Source: Octopus sinensis (lineage: Eukaryota). Taken from it: DNA of 64,000 bases. The stretch lies in contig NC_043000.1 in the NCBI RefSeq assembly GCF_006345805.1, positions 109,988,001 to 110,052,000 of the forward strand, written 5' to 3'. The notes below the pieces were generated by a model, which ran no database searches, was not told where the DNA came from, and worked only from the letters and a program-made list of their open reading frames with translations. Every line of letters starts with the position of its first letter. Within the stretch, counting starts at the first letter, position 1. Shown one piece after another: positions 40,657 to 53,432 of this stretch. The translations under genes and the position numbers were made by a program.

Positions 40657-40850
40657 AAGGCGGTGAGCTGGCAGAATGCTTAGTATTTTGTCTGTCTTTA
40701 CGCTCTGAGTTCAAATTCCGCCGAGGTCAACTTTGCCTTTCATCCTTTCAAGGTCGATAAATTAAATACCAGTTGCATACTGGGGTCAATATAACCGACT
40801 GGCCCCCTCCCCAAAAATTTCAGGCCTTTCCCTAGAGTAGAAAAGAATAT
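40657..40850 (+). mobile_element. Second tRNA-headed SINE family (family C)
   Basis: AAGGCGGTGAGCTGGCAGAA..GAGTTCAAATTCCGCCGAGGTCAACTTTGCCTTTCATCC..AGGCCT..AGTAGAAAAG. Related copies at about 7150-7280(+), 16480-16620(+), 26950-27080(-), 29320-29460(-), 51590-51715(-), 52155-53070(-, interrupted), 61060-61275(-). Confidence 0.8.
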
Positions 40851-40871
40851 TCAGATTCTTGTCACGTTTAA

Positions 40872-41091
40872 CCCTTTAGTGTTTAAACCGGCCATATCCG
40901 GCCCAAATATTCCACATGTTTTATATTCAAACTGGCGATATCTAGCCTCTCACACCTAACCTACAATGTCATGCTAAAAATAAACAATCACATCATTGAA
41001 ACCTCAAAGCTATAATATAATGCATGATTAATTCAAAACAATTTGAGTGAAAAAGTATTATATTTAACAGAGTAATCTGAACACTAAAGGG
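40872..41091. mobile_element. piggyBac-type MITE
   Basis: TTAA-CCCTTTAGTGTT...AACACTAAAGGG-TTAA: 12-bp perfect TIR and TTAA TSD. A partial inverted copy follows at about 41100-41260. Confidence 0.8.
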
Positions 41092-41923
41092 TTAATGCTT
41101 ATTTATTCACATTGTTTTGAATTAATGATGCATTATCCCACAGCTTTGAGATTTCAATGATGTTATTGTTTATTCTAGGGTCGGTGTGAGAGGCTGGATC
41201 TGGCCAGTTTGAACATAAAACAGAATATTGGGGCTGGATAAATGCTAGTTTATGAGCTGCTGAAGTCAAAATGTATTGAATATACCCATGTATCTTTTAT
41301 GTCATCAAATATGGTAGTTAATTTAACTCTAATTAGGCAGTAACATGCTTGTTAATAAATTGGGATCTCCTCTGCAATTTTCCTGTTGCTATCACAACTA
41401 AATTATCTTGGATTATCATTTTACAGCCAATGTTGGGCCTTACATGACCTTTGGAGATATGCTGTGCTTGACCGTAACTGAGGCCTATGCCAGTGCAGCT
41501 TAACCGGCCTATTTAAGAGTACCCTTCAATCATTGGACAATAAATTGTGCTTGCGAAGACCTGTTGAAGTCGTCATTATGGTTGATTGGCACCCATGCCG
41601 GTGGCATGTAAAAAGCACCATTCGAACGTGCCTGCCTGACTGGCCGTTGGCACATAAAAAGCACCCACTACACTCTCGGAGTGGTTGGCATTAGGAAGGG
41701 CATCCAGTTGTAGAAACCTTGCCAGTCCTCAGTCAAACTGTCCAACCCATGCCAGCATGGAAGATGGACGTTAAATGATGACACATGTCTGTGGAATATT
41801 CACAATGCTAATGCCTCCCCCTCCCCCACACACCTAGAGAATATCCATTATTTGTGGTAGGTACTTATGTTTTTAAGCTGAAGTAGAACAAAGTGAATTT
41901 ATTCTTCAAAACATCAGATATGT

Positions 41924-42191
41924 AAACAATTGCAGCGTGGAAGGTGTTTATAACCCATTTAAAAAAACCGTTAGATTCACTTCAGCATTTAAATTTAATT
42001 TGCCAAAATATTTTCGTCACTTTGAGACTGCGATCTGTTCACTACAGCACAGAATTTTGTCAGTGAACAGGTCACGGTCTCAAAGTGATGAAAATATTTT
42101 GGCAAATTAAATTTAAATGCTGAAGTGAATCGAACGGTTTTTTTTGTGTTTCTTAAATGGCTTATAAACACCTTCCACGCTGCAATTGTTT
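41924..42191. repeat. ~270-bp near-perfect palindromic (foldback) element
   Basis: Arms AACAATTGCAGCGTGGAAGGTGTT...CTGTTCACT and AGTGAACAG...AACACCTTCCACGCTGCAATTGTT with a ~20-nt loop. Confidence 0.85.
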
Positions 42192-45100
42192 TTGTTTCAG
42201 CACACGACCTCCGATCAGGTCATTAGATATGTAACTAACTAAAAAAAAAATCACATTTATATATATTTTTCTGTTGTTATTTTTAATTGTCACTGGATGT
42301 TTTAAAGTTTTAACTTTTACAGACTAACACATTCAATTAATCATCAAGAGCTTTTATGAAGAATTTCACAAGTAAAATACGGCTTAGCTGTGTTCGGTTC
42401 TTCCCCCGTTAGATTGTGCGATTGGTTAGCAAACCTTCATAATCATTTAGTAAAAGTTCAACTCTGTCTCTCTGCAACACAAAAAGAATTTTTAGTCAGT
42501 TTATAAACACCACAACAACATGAGCGGCTGGCTGGAACAGGTTTATCAAAGATTCTTAGGAACTGTGACAAATTCTAGAAAAAACTTCTAAGAATTAGAA
42601 GTTTTAGAAAACATGTCAACGGATTATAGGAAGAAAAACAATTTGTGGAAATTAAAAGTTGAGAGAAGTTATTGATTTGTGATAGGTTTCAATAAGTCAA
42701 TGTTAACCATGGATTTGTATATGAAAGAGGCTTGAGCAAGTTTCTTTTTAAGAAAAGCAAAATCTTGTGTAATAGATCTTACAAAGTAGATGGAAACTGA
42801 AAGAAGCCTGTCATGCTTATACATACATGTACATGCTTGCATGTGTATATGTACATACATATGTATATACCTATCCATATGTAGTGTGTACATGCGTACA
42901 AACCCTTGTCTTGCGAAAGAGCATCACTGTCATACAAGCAATGTTGTTCGTTTGTATTCTTCCATAGAAAACCTGTCCCAAGACGGAGCCATATTTACCT
43001 TGAATAACAAAAGGTGATGATTGGCAACCAGAATGGTATCTGGTCATTGGGATTTTGCCTCACCAAATACCATGCATGGAAAAATGGGCATTAAACGATG
43101 ATGATAGCAGTTGTTCCTGCATGCAAGTTCCTCTCAGCCCCCTCCAGTCCACTGACATTTATTCCACTTTGGTGCCAGTGACGTCACAGACATTGCAGTA
43201 ATAATTTTAAGAACAGATATTGCAAGATATCTGTCCCAATCCATCACCCTGGACCAGCACCTGTTTCTTGTTAACCTCAAAGACAAAGATTACTTCTGTG
43301 GAATCGGTCCTCAGATCAGAGAGTCACAACAAATATTGCAAACAGATTGGATAAAAATTAAAAAAAACTTTTTTTTTACTTGTTTCAGTCATTTGACTGC
43401 GGCCATGCTGGAGCACCGCCTTTAGTCGAGCAGGTCTCTTTTGCCGAACCGCTAAGTGACAGGGACGTAAACACACCAGCATCGGTTGTCAAGCAATGCT
43501 AGGGGGACAGACACACACATATATATATATACATATATACGACAGGCTTCTTTCAGTTTCCGTCTACCAAATCCACTCAAAAGGTATTGGTCAGCCCGGG
43601 GCTATAGCGGAAGACACTTGCCCAAGATGCCGCGCAGTGGGACTGAACCCGGAACCATGTGGTTGGTTAGCAAGCTACTTACCACACAGCCACTCCGGCC
43701 AAAGTTTTGATTCTAAAATTCATTGTTGTCAAACATGAATTTGAATGAATTTATAGATTATTATTTGCCTGGTGCCTGGCCATGCTCAATAAAACTTGTA
43801 GCAGAAGTGTTAAGATTGATCCTTCTGGTGGTGTAAAGCAGTCATGGCACTACCATGCTGGGCCGCCCGTGCAGTGCCATTGTAAAAGCACCCAGCAAAC
43901 ACTCTGTAAAGTGGTTGGCATTAAGAAGGGCATCCAGCTGTAGAAACCATACCAAATCAGACTGGAATTTGGTGCAGCTTGCCAGCTCTGGTCAAGCCGT
44001 CCAACCCATGTCAGCATGGACAGATGTTAAAGGATGGTGATGATTTGAAATGGTTTAAAATTTGAGGGTCAAATGCTATTAAAAGAGAGACACTGCTTAA
44101 CTTTGGTACTGGAATATGACAAAGCAAACATCAGCTGATAACTACCTGTGCAAGCCTCTTTAGTTCGTTTTTTTTTTTTAACATACATTTTTCCAATGCT
44201 AGTATGGGTTAGAGAGGGACTCGACTGAGGAGGTAATATTTGATAGTTGGATACTCTTATTTTGTTGCTAGCCCTTATCTGTTTTGCAAGGCATGGAGCA
44301 AATGGTCACCATGTGAACAAGGAATGCAAATACCTGAGGGTTTCACTCAGTCACAAGCAATGCCATGCGATGACAATGCTAAAAGTTAAAATATTAAAAA
44401 GAAAACGAAACAAAAAAAATAAATTCTTACATCGACTTTGCTCAGAAGATCTTTCATGTTTCCTTTGGTTTGCTTTGGAGGGACAAGGGCCTGTAGCCGG
44501 ACAGCTTTCAGGGCACTTTTTTGACAGGCAATAAGGTGTTTAATTTCTTGTGTCTATAAAGAAAAATAAAACTGAATTCCCTTAGTAAAAGAATTTCCAC
44601 TGAATGACTACCCTCTCTTTTCTCTCACTTGTTGGGGACACACACACACCTGTTTGTTGTAACAAAGATTGAGAGTTTTTAACCCTGGCTGGACTGTTTG
44701 TGACTGTCAGAAACAACCCAGCCTAAAGTAAAGTCCAAAGTAGACTGGCAACTTCTGATGTAATAAATGGATCCATCCGTTCCAACCGACTCACATTCTA
44801 TATCAGATAATGTTTGCATTTGGTAAAAGACACTTGAAGATTCTTTACAACACTTACATCATCATTTAATGTCAAACCATCCAATCCATGCTGTCTTGGT
44901 TGAATGGTTTGACAGGATCCAGCAATCCTCAGGGTTGCATCAAGCTCTTATGTAAGCTGTGGCACAGTTTCCATGGCTGGATGCTCTTCCCAACAACAGC
45001 CACTTTACAGCAATGGACTGGGTGCTTTTTCTTATGCCACCGGCACCAGTGAGGTCAGAAGGTAACTTACCAGACAGGAAAAGGTTAAAAAACACCCTCC

Positions 45101-47286
45101 CTCAACATTAGGATATGGCCTGGGAGCTTAAAAAGCCAAGAGGAATTCAGAGCTGAATAAGCAGAACAAACAAGTACACGATGTCTAATGGAGTCTCTAG
45201 CAAACTTACAAGTTAGTGGAACTTAAAATACTCAAAATATAGCAGGAAAATCTTGAAACAAGACCCATCGACTGTTCTGTTGACCTGCCTCAAGTTGTAA
45301 ATAAGACCTTGTTACAGAGTTGACATAACCCTTTCATTACCAACCTGGCTGAACCAGTTCTGGCTCTGTAGTACAAACGTCTTGTTTTCATAAGTTTTGA
45401 ATTGAAATCTTCCACCAAACCTTAGTCAAAATTTATGTTCCTAACACTAGCTGAATGATAACTGTTATATTTAAAGTAATTGAAAGAAACACAGAGCATC
45501 TCAAAATAAATACAATAATGAAATGGTTAAGGTACATGCAGTGGGGCTATATTTCATATTTACATTTTTTTATCACATTATCTGAATTACATTCTATAAT
45601 GTACCTGTTAGTACTTTTGGGTTGGTGTAATTTGTAATTCTGATATTCTGCATTTTTTTAAATATAATAAAATAGAAATGAAATAATGTTCAGTTCAAAA
45701 TATTACCATTTCATTTCAAGGTTGTGTGTTACAGAAATTTCAACAACTACAAACAATTTTGACTATAAATAGCCATCTATGTTTCATACTAAATGTATAT
45801 ACACCATTGACAGGCCAGCTACTGAGTTATTTGTCCTGAGATAACATCTTTTTTATCTGTGTTAAAAACACAATAAATATCAGAGGGAGACAAAAATTTG
45901 TTGCAGCAGCCAGTAAGAGTGCCAGTTGCAGTTTGGCTCCTTTCAATGATGCAAACTCACAGATAATTCCTTTCCTCTGATATAGAAACATGTGAATAAA
46001 TCATTTGCTAATGTTGTAAATAGCTGCCTGACTCAATAGAAATCCAATTTACATAACTGATGCAGTGTTAGATTAAAGTAGCCATCTCTGTATCACACGT
46101 AGATGGCGATACACAAAGGTTGTTGATTAGCAAGTGACTTGTGGTATTTTATTCTGAAATAACATCTCTCTTTGGCTTTTCTGTGTTTTGTAATACAATC
46201 CCAAAATAGCTGACCTGGAGAGTCAAGATTAATTCATAGATTTATAGAAATAATTCTCAAGAGGCAACCAACATGGTTCTGGGTGTTGGTGCCACAAAAA
46301 TAGGTAAAATGGAACCATGCCAAAGCAGACACTGGAGCACAAAGCAGTCCTTAAATCCATCAGATCCCACCAAGCTGTCCAAGACTTGTCAACATGGAAC
46401 ATGGATGTTTAACAATGATGATGTGAGCGAGTGTCTCTGAGCTTCAAAACAATGCTAAGGATGAGGTATGACCTACTGACTCTATAGCTACCAGTCTGAT
46501 GCCATACCAACTTGGCCAAATGGGAACCAGCATTAGAAAATCAACGGGAAATAACTACTGGCTTGTAATGGGGTGGGGTGGGGGGATGTTATTCATCTGG
46601 CTTTTATAGCTTCAAGGGGAACATGTCAAACTGAAGATTATTTAATGATGATTAATTTAATTTAATTACCTTCGCTGTTTGGAAACTAATCCGCATGACA
46701 CGTAGTCGGCCTCTAGCTTCAGCTGCTCTACAAGAGAAAACGGTAAAAGAACAACGTCAGGTAAACGGAACAAGAAATTTCATAGTTTCTTCTTTCTTTT
46801 GCCCAGGTAAAAAGGCTGTGCCTTTGGCCCTTTGCAGGGCCTCTGACACTGCGTATCTGTGTGTGTCTTTGTGTTTACATCACCATCGCTACTTGAGAGC
46901 TGGTGATGGTTTGTTTACATCCTCGTAACTTAGCAGTTCAGCAAAAGGGTTTGATAGAATAAGTACTGGACTTTAAGACATAAGAACTGGGATCAATTTG
47001 TTTGACTAAACCCTTTGAGGAAGTCCTTTAGCACGGCTGCAGTCCAATGACTGAAACCAGTAAACATGATCTTAGAAAGATTTAAAGCCAATGCCACAAC
47101 TGACCAAACACTTCTCCACTACACTGTGAAGAAATAACAGAAAGGTCAAGAGTCTCAGAGTAAATGCAAAAGTCGTTTCAGGTGTACCTCCATCTTTTAC
47201 TTACCTGCAGAACGTATTTAGAGTTGGAAAAACACAACCAGCATGGAAAATGGCTGAGTGGATAGGGTATTGAGTGAACAGATAAT

Positions 47287-47487
47287 ACAGTTCTATATTT
47301 AAGAGATGAGGAATTATGTACAGTCGACGGATATTTGTCCATATCTTGTTTGCTGTTAACACAATGTTTCGGCTGATATACCCTCCAGCCTTCTTCAGGT
47401 GTCTAGGGGAAATTTTGAACCTGGGTTCTCATTCCTAGGGTATTTTTTGATATTTATTATTATTATTATTGTTCAGGTCACTGCCTG
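47287..47487 (-). mobile_element. Single-arm copy of the 52244 element
   Basis: Reverse complement matches 52510-52730, including the 3' terminus; hammerhead-like core at 47358-47403. Confidence 0.8.
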
Positions 47488-48120
47488 AAATATCCATCGA
47501 ATGTAAATAATTGAGTTAACAGGTTATGGTTTAAGAGTTCAAACCCACTGCAGGCATTTCATTGGGTCTAAGTTTATCTAACGGTTGCTAACAAGTGGAA
47601 ATATGAAACCTCAAGCTGATGGAGATTTGTCTCTCATCTGGTTAACCAAAGTTGGACACCATCCATTAAAATCCCTTTTGACCGAGACCTCTGGCATTAT
47701 GGCGTGCTTGAGAGGAAGACCCATGAAACCAAGTAAAAGCAGTCGTGGCAGACACTGGTGTCATGTAAAAGCACCCATTCCACTCACAGAGTGGTTGGCA
47801 ATAGGAAGAGCATCCAGCTGTAGAAACCCTGCCAAATCAGACTGGAGTCTGGTGCAGCTTGCCAGTGCTGGTCAAACCGTCCAACCCATGCCAGCATGGA
47901 CAACAGACATTAAATGATGATGATCTGAGCTAAATAGACTTTTTCACTGAATAAGAGCAAAGCTTTACATTCATCATCTGTAGGAATAGACACCATATTG
48001 TATGGCGACATGCTGTGCTTGAGGAGACCTGTTGAGTCAAGCACATCAAAATCAAATGGAAATTGTAGTTGTGATTCCCATGCCGGTGGCACATAGAAGG
48101 CACCATCCGAATATGGCCGA

Positions 48121-48724
48121 TTTTCGAAAAATTTTTGGGTAAAACTTTCGGTGAAAATTTTGCAAAAACTCACAAGGCCAGCGGTGCCAAAATCACAAAG
48201 TATGGAAGGCCAGCGGTGTCAAAATCGGTGAAAATTTTCTGTGAAAATTTTTTGGTGATAATTTTCGAAATATTTTTGGGTAAAGTTTTCGGTGAAAATT
48301 TTCGAAAAATTTTTGGGTAAAATTTTCGACAAAAATTTTCGAAATATTTTCGGTGAAAAATTTTTGGAAAAATTTTTGTGGAAAATTTTCGACAAAACTA
48401 TTCAAAAAATTTTTGGCTAAAATTTTCGGTGAAAATTTTTGAGTAAAATTTTCGAAAAATTTTTGGGGAAAATTTTGGAAAAATTTTTCGACAAAATTTT
48501 CGAAATATTTTTGTGGAAAATTTTCAGTGAAAATTTTGGACATGATTTTTTAAAAAATTTTTGAGTAAAATTTTTGGGGAAAATTTGCGAAATATTTTTC
48601 GGGAAAATTTGAGAAAATTTTCGCTAAAAATTTTTGAAATATTTTTCGGGAAAATTTTCGGTGAAAATTTTCGGGGAAAATTTTCGTTGAAAATTTCCGT
48701 AAAAAATTTGGGGAAAATTTTCGG
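48121..48724. repeat. ~600-bp degenerate array of AAAATTTT-type tracts (unit ~GAAAATTTTC plus 1-4 nt), inserted in an RTE 3' UTR
   Basis: About nine exact GAAAATTTTC plus many variants; flanked on both sides by parts of the 66-bp RTE unit. Confidence 0.9.
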
Positions 48725-51700
48725 TGACTGGCTTCTGTGCTGGTGGCATGTAAAAAGCACCAAGTGATCATGGTCGTTGCCAGCCTCCTCTGGCCTCTGT
48801 GCCAGTGGCATGTAAAACGCACCCTTGCAGTGGTTGTTGTTAGGAAGGGCATCCAGCTGTAGAAACTCTGCCAGATCAGACTGGAGCCTAGTGCAGCCTC
48901 CTGGCTTCCCAGACCCCAGTCGAACCGTCCAACCCATGCTAGCATGGAAAATGCTAAGCGATGATGATGATGACCTTATAAGCAAGTAACCCATGAGGGG
49001 TTTGTGTCTAGACTGAGAAGAAGAGTGTGCTTCACCAACATAAACACTACAAACAAAGCAGTCGAACGCTGCCCGACTGCTTAGAATAAGGACTGCATCA
49101 GTGATAGGGAAACAGTTTGTGTTGTGGACAGAGCAGAGTCTGTTTTGAGTTGATATACAGAGTTAAACCCTCAGTCTGTCAGTTAAATACCCAAATACAG
49201 CTACAATATCCTGTAAACAAGGGCAGAATGGATAAATACTATATATAGAGTCACTTTCAGCTATGTTTTCACTATGCCTTATGAACACGGGTCTTCTACC
49301 AAAGCCTCCAGCTGACTGATACCTTGCGAGTGAAAATGGTAGCCAGGGAAACTATAAGGAGGAAGTCCATCACATACATATTTTGAGAAGTTATGGCCCA
49401 GTGGTCAGGGTGGTGCATTCATAGTCACAAGATCATGGTTTCAATTCCCAGAGCAGGTGGTGCATTGTCGTTGAATAAAACACAATCTCACACTGTTCTA
49501 TAACCACTTTGATACCTGATGCACGGGACACTGTGCACCTGTACAGGCAATCATTGATTTGATGGGAGGAGTGAGCTAAGGTACAAGTAAAACATTTATT
49601 CACTCTTCTAAACAAATCATTTGTGCTAATTGCTCAGCTCGTCTCTCATTTATGTCAGGCAAGTCCACCATATATTCCTTTTCTTTTTACTTGTTTCAAT
49701 CATTTGACTGCAACCATGCTGGAGCACCGCCTTTAGTCGAGCAATTGACCCCAGGATTTATTCTTTGTAAGCCTAGTACTTATTCTATTGGTCTCTTTTG
49801 CTGAACCGCTAAGTTTCGGGGACATAAACACACCAGCATCAGTTGTCAAGCAATGTTGGGGGGACAAACACACACATATATATACATATAGACAATGGGC
49901 TTCTTTCAGTTTCTGTCAACCAAATCCATTCACAAGGCATTGGTCGGCCCGAGGATATAGTAGAAGACACTTGCTGAAGGTGCCACGCAGTGGGACTGAA
50001 CCTGGAACCATGTAGTTGATAAGCAAAAGATTATTTTTTTCAAAATCCCTGATTGAATTACAATATTTGAATTATAGGAAAAGAAAATCTTAAAAAAACA
50101 GAATGACATGAACCTTTTGGAAGAAATTTTCATATTATGCGTAAATGCTTCTCCTAATAAATTTTCCAAACTTGTTTTATGGGGCAATTCACAGAGAGGA
50201 AGTTGTGTTTAGTGGTGGCATATCTATAAATAGGTGAAAGTGCGTAGCCCAGAGGTTAGTTGCACTAAGCCATGAGATCACTGTTTCGATTCTCAGGCTG
50301 AGCAATGTGTTGTGTCCTTGAGCAAGATACTTTATTTCATGTTGCTCCAGTCCACTCGGTTGTAAACAGATAGCCTGGCAATGGACTTTCAATCAGGGGG
50401 GAACTTTGGACTGCTCACCAAGCCAAGGAGGTAGCATTAGTCGAGAGCTAAATAAATGATGCAAAGTGCATTGTGACCAGTGATGCATAACATTTCATAG
50501 TCTGGCTGATGATGTGATTGTGTGTGTGCATTTGTACCTTCTTGTTTGTGTTTTGGCAGTGTTTATAGTTGCCATTTTAAGTATTTTAGTTGGACATAAA
50601 GTATGGTGACAGCAAGGACATCCACCCATTAAATGAATTGTAACAAGCTTCGAGCAACTCCTGCTAACATGGAAAAAGCAAATACGTAAGAGAAACTGAT
50701 GATAACGAAGATGGTGATGAAAGAATAAGAAGCACCTACTTCAGCTGGCCAATTAATTTCTCTGTCTTCATTCGTTCGTTTCTCATTTTTTCCTCATCTT
50801 CTGCCTGTCTGCAAAATACAAATATTTCAGATTCCAACTAAAAACACATTCAACAACCAACATATGTCATCAGATAATGAGACTGATGGCCTCTTAACTA
50901 AGCAGGGGACCCCGCAGCAGAAGTGTTAAAACCGATCCCTCGGGTGGTGTAAAGCACTCATGGTGGCACCACATAAAGGTACTCGTGGTGGTGCCACATA
51001 AAAACATCCAGCACGCTCTGTAAAGTGGTTGGCATAAAAGGAAGGGCATCCAACCATAGAGACGATGTCAAATCAGACTGGAACTTGGTGCAGCTTTCCA
51101 GCTTCCTAGGTCTGGTCAAACCAACCCATGCCAGCATGGATGATGGACGTTAAATGATGATGATGCTACAAACAGCAGCCAAATATCCCTCAAATCATAC
51201 CACCCTACTGCCCAAACAGCAGAAACATCATCATTATTTAATATCCATGTTCCATGCTGCCATGGATTGGATGGCTTCACAGGATCCAATGGGTCCAAGG
51301 ACTTCATCGGGGTCCAGTGTCTGCTTCGGCAAGGCTTCTACGGCTGGATGCCTTTTCTAATACACACACATTAGACAATGTAGTCCATTATGACTGAAGT
51401 AAATAACAAGATGGAGAAAGTTTAGAGAGCTGTTTTTTTCTGTTGATAACAAAAGTCTTCTGTGTCAGAGTGAAAGGCAGATTGTGCTGTGTTTGGGCCT
51501 GAACAGCCACACTGCCACACGGGGGTGAAACTTGGGCCATGAATGCAGAGCACCTGAGAAGAGTAGGAAGATAATAATTCTTTCTTTCTACAATAGGCAC
51601 AAGGCCTGAAATGTTGCGGGAAGGGATTGAGTCGACTACATCGACCCCAGTGCTTGATTGATACTTCTTTAATCAACCCCGAAAGGATGAAATACAAAGT

Positions 51701-52243
51701 CAACATTATTACTACCAAAAAGCAAAAATGATAATAATGGTTTCAGATTTGGGCACAAAACCAGCAATTTCAGGGGAAGCGATAAAGCATGTGCTCTACA
51801 TCTCACTCTCAGCCAAGAGGTCCTTGTCTTGTGGGCTGGTGTCACATAAAAAAAGGCACCTGTGCCAGTGCCACATTCTGTAAAGTGGTTGGGAATGGCA
51901 TCCAGCTATAGAAACCATGCTAAAAGAAACAACTGGAGCCTGGTGTGGTTCTCCAGCCTTGCCAGCTCCTGTCAAACTCTCCAATTCATGCAAGCAGAGC
52001 AAATGGACATTGAATGAAGAAGATGAATAATTCTTTCTAATCATAGAAATTTGGAATCGTTCATCTAGGATCTGTTGTATTGACTGTGGAAAAATGAAAA
52101 GCAAAGTTGACATCAGCAGAACTTGAACTCAGGACAGAAATATAACAATAATAATCCTTTCTACTATAGGCACAAGGCCTGAAATTTGTGGGAGGGGACA
52201 AGTCGATTTCATTGACCCCAGTGCATACCAGGTACTTAATTTA

Positions 52244-52732
52244 CATTTGACGGATATTTATCCTCGTTTGTTGTTAGTACATTGTTTCAGCTGATATACC
52301 CTCCAGCCTTCATCAGGTGTCTTGGGGAAATTTCTAACCTAGGTTCTCATTCCTAAGGAATTTTTCCATCTTATTATTATTATTATTATTCAGGTCACTG
52401 CCTTGAATCGAACTCGGAATCTTGGGGTTACCAGCCACTATGCCATATGCACGTAGGCATATGGTATATTGCAGGCTACTAACCCCAAGATTCCGAGTTT
52501 GATTCCAGGCAGTGACCTGAATAATAATAATAATAATAATAATAACAACAACAACAACAACATCGAAAAATACCTTAGGAATGAGAACCCAGGTTCGAAA
52601 TTTCCCCAAGACACCTGATGAAGGCTGAAGGGTAAATCAACCGAAACGTGTTATCAACAACCAAGATGAGGACGAATATCTGTCAAATGTAAATAATGTA
52701 CGTAATTCTTCATCTCTTAAACATAGAACTGT
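52244..52732. mobile_element. Head-to-head palindromic element: tRNA-like head, (AAT)n and hammerhead-like core on each arm, with a 13-bp flanking duplication
   Basis: Centre CCATATGC-acgtag-GCATATGG (52443-52464); arms about 200 bp; GGTACTTAATTTA at both 52231-52243 and 52733-52745; inserted in a family C SINE. Confidence 0.8.
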
Positions 52733-52792
52733 GGTACTTAATTTATCGACCCCAAAAAGATTAAAGGCAAAGTTGACCTCAGCAAGATTTAA

Positions 52793-52979
52793 CCCTTTTG
52801 TCACCGTATTTATTTTGAGATGCTCTGCGTTTCTTTCAATTAATTTTAAGTGTAACAAAGCATTTAGTAAAATAACTTAGTTTAAGGTTTGGTGGAAGAT
52901 TTTAATTCAAACCTTATGAAAACAAGTCATTTGTACTACAGAGTCAGAGGCAGTTTCAGCTGGGTTGGTATCAAAAGGG
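52793..52979. mobile_element. piggyBac-type MITE (second family), nested in a SINE
   Basis: TTAA-CCCTTTTG...CAAAAGGG-TTAA; a diverged copy in the opposite orientation lies at 45329-45526. Confidence 0.78.
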
Positions 52980-53432
52980 TTAAACTCAGAACATAAACAG
53001 ATGTAACTAAGTGCAACAAGGCATTTGATCATTGCTCTAACGATTCTGTTACCAACTTCCCTCTGCTCTTAATAAGCAAGATTTCTTACATTGGTATAAG
53101 GTTGCAAATAGCCCTCAGCATGTAAATGATACTTATCAAGTGTAAAAAGACAGGAGGTGAATTGAACCCCAGAAGAAATTGGACTCAAAACTATTACCAA
53201 ATGCTACAGAACCATTTGTCCAATGCTGCCAACCTTGCCTTTCAATAACAACATTTAAAGGTTCTGAAAGTAACAAGAGAAAAAAGTTTAATAAACAATA
53301 ACAAAATACATACTGTATTGCAATGCTTCTGAGTTGTGATTCAAATCTGCTCCGAGATAAAGAGCTTTTGCTCAAAGAGGATGGATGAGGCATTTCCAAA
53401 TGAGTTCACCTGAGAATAAAACATTATACATA

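Noticed and set aside
46570-46585. G-rich run as a G-quadruplex (also 6410-6424)
   Set aside because: Only three clearly separated G-tracts; not distinctive.
48135-48994. F/K/N/E/I-rich ORFs of 61-156 aa
   Set aside because: They arise from the A/T-tract array, on both strands and in several frames.
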